Source: an uncultured Acidobacteriota bacterium
Lineage (GTDB): Bacteria > Acidobacteriota > Terriglobia > Terriglobales > Acidobacteriaceae
Assembly: GCA_963812095.1 (NCBI GenBank)
Contig: CAWETV010000001.1
Location: 354,690-418,689 of the forward strand
DNA length: 64,000 nt
Direction of reading: 5' to 3'
The notes below the pieces were generated by a model that saw nothing but the letters and a program-made list of their open reading frames with translations, was not told where the DNA came from and searched no databases. Position numbers and translations under genes: made by a program. How positions within the stretch are numbered: position 1 is the first letter of the stretch; each line of letters opens with the position of its first letter. This document shows, piece by piece, positions 57,149 to 64,000 of the stretch.

Positions 57149-58327
57149 TCAGCTATCCAGGGTTGCCAGCAATTCGGCAAGTTCGCGCACCCCGATGGCC
57201 TGCGTCTCGGCGTCGACTGGGTATTGGCCGCTACCGGCATTCACCACATAGCGGCGATCCGGCTTGAGATCCTTGCAGGCTATGTAGTAGCCCTTTTCCG
57301 GCCGCCCGGTGAGGCTACGCTTGATCTCGATTGCCCAAAGGCCGTGGCCGGGAATTTCCAGCAGGAGGTCGATCTCCGCGCCGGCAGAGGTCCGGTAGAA
57401 GCTGGCCATGGTGCGCTCTGGCGCAGCCTCCAATAGGTTCTCGATCACCATGCCCTCCCACGATGGACCCGCAACTGGGTGACCGGCAAGCTCGTTGAAT
57501 GTTCGGATTCCCAGCAGCGCATGCACAAGACCGCTGTCCCGCACGTAGACCTTGCGTGATTTCACCAGTCGCTTGCCCAGATTGCGATGAAAAGGCATAA
57601 GCTGCCGAACCAGCAGCAGATCAGTCAGCAGGTCGATGTACCGCTGCACGGCGGGCGCAGAGACTTGCAAGCCGGAAGCAAGCCTGGATGCATTCAACAG
57701 GGCGCCCTGATTGTGCGCGAGCATGGTCCAGAACCGTTCCATGGTCCCGGCTGAAATTCGCGGGCCAAACAGGGGCACGTCGCGTTCAAGATAAGTCCGG
57801 ATAAAATCGTTGCGCCAGCGAAGGCTCACCCCATCGTTTTCGGCCAGATAGCTTCCCGGAAATCCTCCGCGCAGCCACAACCGAAGCAGCGTTGACTCGT
57901 CGGCCGGCAACTCGATAGCAGAAAATGGCCCCAGTTCGATGTAAGAAATCCGGCCGGCAAGACTCTCGCCCGATTGCCGGAGCAAGTCGATCGAAGCCGA
58001 TCCAAGAACGAGGAAACGCCCTTTACCCTGTCCCTTGCGCCGACCCTCGTCAATAAGACCACGAAGAGAGCCGAATATCTCGGGTGCGCGATGAATCTCG
58101 TCGAGAACGACGAGGTTCCTTTCGAATTGGCGCAGAAATAGCACCGGGTCAGCTAGCTTATCCCGGTCCGCTCTGGATTCGAGATCCAGATAGAGCGCTC
58201 CAGGCCGGGAATCAGCGAGGCTTCGCGCCAGGGTTGTCTTGCCTGCCTGCCGCGGCCCAAGAATGGCCACAGCAGCCTGCGTATTCAGCGCCTGCTCAAT
58301 TCGAGGTGTAATCCACCTGAATATCAT
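57149..58327 (-). CDS. AAA+ ATPase with DUF4143-type C-terminal domain (COG1373 family)
   Basis: Walker A ILGPRQAGKTTLA and Walker B-like NLVVLDEIH. The C-terminal half (..YVRDSGL.HALLG.......HP..G..WEG.VIE....) is typical of AAA_14/DUF4143 proteins. Confidence 0.8.
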   Translation of the reverse strand: MIFRWITPRIEQALNTQAAVAILGPRQAGKTTLARSLADSRPGALYLDLESRADRDKLADPVLFLRQFERNLVVLDEIHRAPEIFGSLRGLIDEGRRKGQGKGRFLVLGSASIDLLRQSGESLAGRISYIELGPFSAIELPADESTLLRLWLRGGFPGSYLAENDGVSLRWRNDFIRTYLERDVPLFGPRISAGTMERFWTMLAHNQGALLNASRLASGLQVSAPAVQRYIDLLTDLLLVRQLMPFHRNLGKRLVKSRKVYVRDSGLVHALLGIRTFNELAGHPVAGPSWEGMVIENLLEAAPERTMASFYRTSAGAEIDLLLEIPGHGLWAIEIKRSLTGRPEKGYYIACKDLKPDRRYVVNAGSGQYPVDAETQAIGVRELAELLATLDS

Positions 58328-58368
58328 CCTTGCATTTTAAACGCAGCGAGTTCGATTTGCAATAATCA

Positions 58369-60514
58369 TCAACTCGCCCTCCCCAGCGCCTCCTTGAGTG
58401 CCACGGCACTCGTCACCGGCGGCAGGCAGGTGCGCCCGAGGCAGACGAGCGCCCATGCTTCGGCTCCCTCGGGGGCTGGCGCCTGGAGCAGAGTTTCTTC
58501 CAGAGCTTCAGGGATTCCGCCCGGCACAAGCTGCGAAGGGGCGATGCGGAGAACGGTCTTGTTCACGGCGTAACCGGCGACGGCCGCTGCCTCAAGCCGC
58601 TCTGCCTCCGGCCCCGAGCCCACCACGGCCACCTGCACCGGATCTCTGAGCAGCCGCTCCAGCGCGAGCGCATAGCTGCCCGCGTAAAGGCCCAGGTGCT
58701 CCGCGATGCCTGCAAAACCGGCCAGCGTCTTCTCGGCGATCTCGCGATATTCGCCGGCGGCCACTTAAAGCTTCAAGCCGCAGCAGGGCCGCCGCGGCCG
58801 TAGGATTGCCGGCCGGCGTGGGCGCATCCTGCAAGGGCTTGCGCCGCGCCACGAGCGCCCCCAGCGGCGCGCTGTCGCAAGTGTCGAAGAAGCCCCCCGC
58901 CCCGCTGTCATAAAAGCGCGCGATCATGGCGTCGGCGATCTTCACGGCGGCCCGGTAATGCTCCATTTTGCCGCTTGCCAGCCACCCGTCTACGCAGGCG
59001 AGAACGGTAAACGCATAATCGTCGAGCACCCCTGCCGGGCGTTTCCCTGGCGCTGACGCGGCCGCGCCCTGCGCGCTCCCGGGATAGGAAATCACATGGC
59101 TGAGCGCCGATTCCCCGTCCCAGGCCTCGGCCAGCAGGCGGTTCAGGGTCAGCAGCGCGAAATCCCGGGCCGTGTCCATTCGCAGCACGCGCGCCGCCTC
59201 CAGGTACGCGGTCACAGCCATCGCATTCCAGCCGGTGTAGAGCGTCCGGTCGATAAATGGCGTGGGGCGCAGCGCGCGCGCGGCCAGCAGTTCCTCCCGT
59301 GCCCGGTCCCGCAACTCTGTCAGACCGGCCCCGCCGTCGGCCGCCATCTCCTCGATGGGATGATTGACATGCAGCACATTCTTGGCGGGGTTGTGGTGCA
59401 TATCGCCCAACTCGCCGATGTCCCAGTAGAGGCCCGCAAATTGCAGTTCCTCCCCGTCCAGCACGGCTTTCGCTTCGTCCAGAGTCCAGGTGAAGTAGTC
59501 GCCGTCGTCGTCCAGGCCCACGTCGGCGTCCTGCGAGGCGTAGAAGCCGCCGCGCTCGCGGTCGGTCATGGCCGCATCGAGCCAGCCGACGATGTCGCGC
59601 GCAGTCTCGCCGAAATCCGGCCGTGCCAGGCTCTGGAAGCCGTGCACGTAATTGCGCAGCAGCTCCGTGTTGTCGTAGAGCATCTTCTCGAAGTGCGGCA
59701 CCAGCCAGTGCTCGTCCACCGAGTAGCGATGAAATCCGCCGGCGAGTTGATCGTAGACGCCCCCGTGCGCCATCTTCTCCAGCGTCACGGCAAAGGCCTC
59801 GCGCGCCTGCTCATCGCCGCGGGTCAGCAGCAGATCGAGCGCCGCCGGGTGGGGAAACTTTGGCTGCGAGCCGAAGCCTCCGTGGCGCGGATCGAACTGG
59901 CGGAGCATGGAGCCGGCGATCTTGTCGACGAGCGCCAGGGAAAGCTCGCCGCCGCCGGCGCCGGTGAAACTTTCGTTTTGCTCGACAGCGGCCATCACGC
60001 TGGCTGCGGTCTCCAGCGCTTCCTCGCGGCGCTCGCGCCAGACCTCGGCCATGGCCGTGAGCACGCGCGGGAAGCCGGGCCGACCGTAACGGTCTTCAGG
60101 GGGTAGATAGGTGCCGCCGTAATAGGGCCGCCCGTCGGGAGTGAGGAACGCCGTAAGCGGCCATCCCCCCTGCCCGCTGATCGACGAAACCGCCGACTGG
60201 TAGCGCGCATCCAAATCCGGCCGCTCGTCGCGGTCCACCTTCACGGCGACAAACTCCCGGTTGATCAGCGCCGCGATCTCTTCATTTTCATAAGACTCGC
60301 GGTCCATCACGTGGCACCAGTGGCACCACACCGCGCCAATGTCGAGCAGCACCGGCTTGTCCTCGGCCTGTGCGCGGGCAAAGGCCTCCGTGCCCCAGGG
60401 GTGCCACTGCACCGGCTGGTGCTTGGCCGAGCGCAGGTAAGCTGAGGATGCATTTTGAAGCTGATTCGGGCTGGAGTTCAGCGAAGAAGCATCATGCATG
60501 GGCTGAGGATACAC
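58369..60514 (-). CDS. Thioredoxin-domain (DUF255) / six-hairpin YyaL-like protein, frame interrupted by a 1-nt indel near 58760
   Basis: N-terminus: ..[62 protein letters not shown]. After ..[10 protein letters not shown](SG) the conserved continuation [17 protein letters not shown]... reads in the 58369-58764 frame. The start is GTG 60514 or ATG 60499. Confidence 0.85.
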
Positions 60515-60550
60515 GGACGGCGGCTCATCGGGCCAGACGGAGGCGGAGAA

Positions 60551-60607
60551 GGGATCAGGGACTAAGGGACTAAGGGACTAAGGGACTAAGGGACTGAGGG
60601 ACTAAGC
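60551..60607. repeat. Tandem octamer array (GGGACTAA)x~7
   Basis: gggatca gggactaa gggactaa gggactaa gggactaa gggactga gggactaa. The last unit contains the TAG stop of the GNAT gene. Confidence 0.9.
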
Positions 60608-61102
60608 GGCCTCAAGCGGCTTCGCATAAACAAGGGCGGCGCGGTGGCGAGCGTAGTAGTGCTCTTCCCTGCCCCGGCGCGCGTAGCCTCGGCGTTCGTA
60701 GAGACGGATCGCGGCGGAGTTCTCCGCATCAACGTGCAGCCAGATGGATCCGGCGCCGGCGGAACGGGCGGAATCTTCGATGCGCCGCAAAAGCTCGGCG
60801 CCAATGCCGCGCCTGCGGAACTCAGGCGCGACCTCCACGGTCTGGATGTAGGCAGCGCGCGGCCCTGTCTGCGGCTCCCCTTCCCACTCGACAATGGCGA
60901 ATCCGGTCAATTTCCCATTCTCTTCCGGGTTCCCATCTGCTTCCGCGTCCCCATTCTCTTCCGCAATCCAGGCTGCGGAGTCGGGGCCGATGACGATGCT
61001 CCGCATGTACGCGCGGGAGAAGCGCAAGGGCGGCTGGAAGCAGATCTCCTCCACCGCGTAGATCGCGGCGAAGTCGGCGGGCTGGTAGGGGCGGTAGAGC
61101 AT
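60602..61102 (-). CDS. GNAT-family N-acetyltransferase (RimI-like)
   Basis: ..IQTVEVAPEFRRRGIGAELLRRIEDSAR..GAGSIWLHV...N..A..LYE..GY is the acetyl-CoA binding R/Q-x-x-G-x-G/A motif. It contains an in-frame 18-nt x3 repeat (60912-60965) encoding EENGDA/EADGNP/EENGKL. Confidence 0.8.
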   Translation of the reverse strand: MLYRPYQPADFAAIYAVEEICFQPPLRFSRAYMRSIVIGPDSAAWIAEENGDAEADGNPEENGKLTGFAIVEWEGEPQTGPRAAYIQTVEVAPEFRRRGIGAELLRRIEDSARSAGAGSIWLHVDAENSAAIRLYERRGYARRGREEHYYARHRAALVYAKPLEAA

Positions 61103-61106
61103 CGAT

Positions 61107-61165
61107 CAGGTTTCAGGTATCAGGTTTCAGGTGTCAGGTTTCAGGTGTCAGGTGTCAGGTGTCAG
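61107..61165. repeat. Tandem heptamer array (CAGGTNT)x8
   Basis: caggttt caggtat caggttt caggtgt caggttt caggtgt caggtgt caggtgt cag, starting 5 nt upstream of the GNAT ATG. Confidence 0.9.
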
Positions 61166-61318
61166 TAAAAGACAGAGCAGGCCGCCCAGGGGCGGCCCGC
61201 ATGATCGAAAGCGGTCAATCTGAAAGCCGGGTGCCCCACCCTCGGCGTCCGCCGCGGCGGATTTTTGCGCCTAGGGTGGGAGACAAGAATGGACTTGCCA
61301 TCAAAGGAATCTGAGCGC

Positions 61319-62357
61319 TTACACCTTCGCTTCCAAGCTCGCAATCACGTCGAAGAAGCGCTGGTCGAGCCGGCGGTTGGTGGTGATCGCATCCTTGATG
61401 GGGATATCGGCGATATCGGTGCCGCGCAGCACGGCGATGAGGCCCCACTTGCCTATCGTGCACCATGTCGATAGCGTGCAGTCCGTAGCGCTGGCCCAGC
61501 AGCCGGTCAAAGGCCGTGGGTACGCCGCCGCGCTGGGTGTGGCCCAGGTTCACCGAGCGGGTCTCGTAGCCGGTCTTCTTCTCGATCAGGTTGGCCAGCG
61601 CCTCGCCAATGCCCGACAGGCGCACGTGACCGAAGGAGTCCTTGGCGGCAGCCTCGTTGATCACCTGGCCGACCTCGGGCAAATGCGCGCCCTCGGCCAC
61701 CACCACCACGCCGTAGTGCTTGCCGTGGTCGTAGTTGTACTTCAGCAGTTTGCAAACGTGGTCGATGTCGATCTCTTTCTCCGGAACCAGCACCACGTGC
61801 GCGCCGCCGGCCACGCCCGAAGCATAGGCGATCCAGCCCGCGTCGCGGCCCATCACCTCGACCACGATCACGCGGTTGTGCGAGTCGGCGGTGGTGTGAA
61901 TGCGGTCCACGGCTTCGGTAGCGATCATCACCGCCGTGTCGAAACCGAAGGTCTGGTCAGTGCCGCTGATGTCGTTGTCGATGGTCTTGGGCACGCCGAC
62001 GGCGTTGATGCCGTTCTCGCACAGATAGAGCGTCACCGACTGCGTATCGTCGCCGCCCAGCGCGATCAGCGCATCGATTTTGTTCTTCTTCAGCACCTCC
62101 TGCACCTTCTCAATGCCCCCGGGGATCTTCTTCACGTTGGTCCGCGAGGAGTGCAGAATGGTGCCGCCCTTCAACTGAATGCCGTCGATTGCTTCGAGCG
62201 TCAGCGGAATGAAGTTGTTGTCCAGAACGCCCTTCCAGCCGTTCAGAAAACCGATAAACTCGTCGCCGTAGTGGTTAATTCCCTTCTTCACGGCCGCGTA
62301 AATCACCGCGTTCAAACCGGGGCAGTCGCCGCCGCCGGTTAACAGTGCAATTCGCAT
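61319..62357 (-). CDS. pfk: 6-phosphofructokinase with PPi-type signature residues, frame interrupted by a 1-nt indel near 61455
   Basis: MRIALLTGGGDCPGLNAVI...ALGGDDTQS...VGVPKTIDNDI...VEVMGRDAGWIA...LGHTQRGG. After ..HAIDMVHD the continuation GKWGLIAVLRGTDIADIPIKDAI...IASLEAKV* reads in the 61319-61510 frame. Confidence 0.85.
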
Positions 62358-62549
62358 CGTAGAATTCTCCTGATCGAAATGGCGCGGGCCGCTCGAGCCG
62401 CGCCGGGAATCTGTTCCTGAGCCGGGCGCAAAACGGGGAACTTTCCGGTTCCGCGCCCTGTCCAGTTTACTCCCGGGCTTCGAAGCGAAACCTCTCCGCA
62501 CTTGCGCCGGCCGGATGGGATTCCTATGTTGGGAAGAGAAACTCAGGCC

Positions 62550-62933
62550 TCACGCCGCGGTCGCCCGATAGACGCGCACTTCCGAGTCGATGGTCTTTGA
62601 CAGGGCCAACCTGGCCTTGGTGAGATCGTGCATCTGCTGGAGATTGAGCCAGAACTCCGGGCTGTTGTCGAAGAATCGCGCCAGGCGCAGGGCCGTATCG
62701 GGCGTGATGGCCCGCTTGCCGCGCACGATCTCGCCGATGCGGGTAGCCGGCACGCGAATGCTCATGGCCAGCCGGTGCTGACTGATCGCCATCGGCTTCA
62801 GGAACTCCTCGGCCAGCATTTCGCCCGGAGAGGTGGTCACGTACTTGAAGTCCCACCCCTTCGCCGGACGTACGAGGGGCACCTCGCTCGCTTGCTTCTT
62901 TTCCTTAGTGGTAGTCAACGATTTCGACGTCAT
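62550..62933 (-). CDS. higA: HigA-family antitoxin (XRE HTH)
   Basis: ..SPGEMLAEEFLKPMAISQHRLAMSIRVPATRIGEIVRGKRAITPDTALRLARFFDNSPEFWLNLQQMHDL matches the HigA/VapI consensus. It overlaps the higB 3' end by 29 nt. Confidence 0.85.
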   Translation of the reverse strand: MTSKSLTTTKEKKQASEVPLVRPAKGWDFKYVTTSPGEMLAEEFLKPMAISQHRLAMSIRVPATRIGEIVRGKRAITPDTALRLARFFDNSPEFWLNLQQMHDLTKARLALSKTIDSEVRVYRATAA

Positions 62934-63183
62934 ACGCCCCATCCTCCTTCCAGACAAAACAAATGCGAAACTGGTCGTTGATGCGGATGCTGTGCTGTCC
63001 CGCTCTCTCGCTCCTTAACAACTCCAACCGATTTCCCTGAGGTTCCCGGAGGTCTTCCAGCCGGGTCGCGGCCTCAATCCGGTTGAGCTTCCGGCGGGCG
63101 GCGGCTTCAATGTTTCGCCATTTTCGGCTGGTCCCGGCAATCGCCAGCAACGCTGTATCGCGGTCCTTGAAGCTTCGAATCAC
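62905..63183 (-). CDS. higB: HigB toxin (RelE/ParE superfamily, plasmid maintenance killer type)
   Basis: (V)IRSFKDRDTALL........RKL..I..A..LEDL.....NRLE.L...RAGQHSIRINDQFRICFVW.EDGAYDVEIVDYH. GTG start at 63183. The long upstream track extension is rejected. Confidence 0.8.
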   Translation of the reverse strand: MIRSFKDRDTALLAIAGTSRKWRNIEAAARRKLNRIEAATRLEDLREPQGNRLELLRSERAGQHSIRINDQFRICFVWKEDGAYDVEIVDYH

Positions 63184-63308
63184 GAATCCATAGTATGCTG
63201 TCTCGCGTTCAACGTCAACCGTTTCGATGGGACCGCATTTGGAACAACTGCAGATGCCTCCGCTTCGCTTCTCTGGAGCGTCGGGATGACAGGCGAAGGT
63301 TGGGCGGG

Positions 63309-64000
63309 CTATTCGTCGCGCGAGCTGGTCGCCTCGTCTTCGTAGATTGCGCCGATCGCTTCCGCGTAGCGCTCCGAAATTACGCGCCGCCTGAGCTTCA
63401 TTGATGGCGTCAGCTCGCCTGAATCCTGCGTCCACTCCTCGGTCACCAGCCGGAAGCGCTTGAGGGTTTCGAACTTGGCCAGGCCGCCGTTCACCTCGCG
63501 GACGATCTCGCTATAGAGGGCCCGGACGCGGCTGTGGGAAACCAGCTCGTGCCGCGATTCGGCCTCGACCCCGTGACTGCGCGCCCACTCCTCCAGGGCG
63601 GCGAAATTCGGAACAATCAGCGCGGAGATGAACTTGTGCTTGTCGCCCACCAGCGCCGCGTTCGCCACCATCAGGTGGCTCGTGAGCTTGCTTTCGATCG
63701 GTTGCGGCGCCACGGTCTTGCCGCCCGAAGTCTTCAGCAGTTCCTTTTTGCGATCGGTGATGTGCAGGTACCCGGCGCAGTCCATGTGTGCGATGTCGCC
63801 GGTGTGAAACCATCGTTCCGCATCGAGGCATACGGCGCTGGCTTCCGGCTTGTTCCAATAGCCCGCGAAGACCGATGGCCCGCGCACCAGCAGTTCCCCG
63901 TCTTCGGCGATCCTGACTTCGATATTGCCGAGCGGCATGCCGACCGATCCCATGCAGTGGCGCAGCGGAGTGTTCAGCGCGATCACCGGCGAGGTCTCCG
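63309..64000 (-). CDS. AMP-dependent long-chain acyl-CoA synthetase/ligase, C-terminal part (start lies beyond the window)
   Basis: ..GELLVRGPSVFAGYWNKPEA......WFHTGDIA..D..GYL.ITDRKKEL.KTSGGK.VAPQPIE......GELTPSMKLRRRVI. The frame is open to nt 64000. Confidence 0.85.
   Translation of the reverse strand, partial: ETSPVIALNTPLRHCMGSVGMPLGNIEVRIAEDGELLVRGPSVFAGYWNKPEASAVCLDAERWFHTGDIAHMDCAGYLHITDRKKELLKTSGGKTVAPQPIESKLTSHLMVANAALVGDKHKFISALIVPNFAALEEWARSHGVEAESRHELVSHSRVRALYSEIVREVNGGLAKFETLKRFRLVTEEWTQDSGELTPSMKLRRRVISERYAEAIGAIYEDEATSSRDE

Noticed and set aside
60515-60625. Possible duplicated GNAT stop region (TGAGGCCGCT against TGAGCCGCC) flanking the octamer array at 60551-60607.
   Set aside because: The match is about 9 nt with an indel, in GC-rich sequence, and shows no preserved reading frame or stop. 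It is too weak to count as support for the insertion model.
62550-63350. Weak similarity between the higA 3' end (..VYRATAA*) and the acyl-CoA ligase 3' end (..IYEDEATSS..). This might have indicated another duplicated-terminus insertion footprint.
   Set aside because: Only short patches (GGTCGCC, GTAGA, CTTCCG) align and they need several gaps. The match is not distinguishable from chance in GC-rich sequence.

Overview
High-GC bacterial chromosomal window. Spot counts give about 60-67% GC in core genes. Gene content and repeat style resemble Acidobacteriota, but that is inference only and no search was possible.

Layout:
- 1-18.2 kb: a giant Ig-like/LamG surface-protein locus. It is open at the window edge and is probably one gene of more than 6,000 codons, split by a 1-nt indel.
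- 18.3-22.3 kb (minus strand): tadA plus an arginine-to-putrescine operon (pdaD, aguB, aguA) with an embedded PEBP gene.
- 22.6-27.7 kb: a secreted protein, vapBC, icd, mdh and phoU.
- 27.9-40.3 kb (minus strand): a 12-gene NDH-1/complex I cluster, nuoA-B-C-D-I-H-J-K-L-M-M-N. It lacks nuoEFG, has a duplicated nuoM and an elongated nuoL.
- 40.7-44.3 kb: an aminotransferase, two cupins and a radical-SAM gene.
- 44.4-47.5 kb: an accessory patch. It holds an RHH-like gene and a low-GC two-gene cassette (unknown ~255-aa protein plus an HTH-ImmA/IrrE peptidase), which I consider the best candidate for an undescribed toxin-antitoxin or defence module.
- 47.6-52.9 kb: gdhA, ilvE and a 2-oxoacid:ferredoxin oxidoreductase cluster.
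- 53.4-64 kb: secreted paralogs, an MscS channel, an SDR-like gene, a DUF4143 AAA ATPase inserted at the 3' end of a yyaL-like gene, a GNAT gene, a PPi-type pfk, higBA and a partial acyl-CoA ligase.

Cross-cutting observations:
- At least 10 single-nucleotide frame disruptions occur in otherwise conserved genes. Several sit in short homopolymers, so assembly error is likely.
- About a dozen intergenic tandem arrays have a 7-8 nt period. Some are flanked by duplicated copies of the neighbouring gene terminus.
- A family of REP-like hairpins starts with a GGGTGCCCCA box.

No rRNA, tRNA or CRISPR was found.
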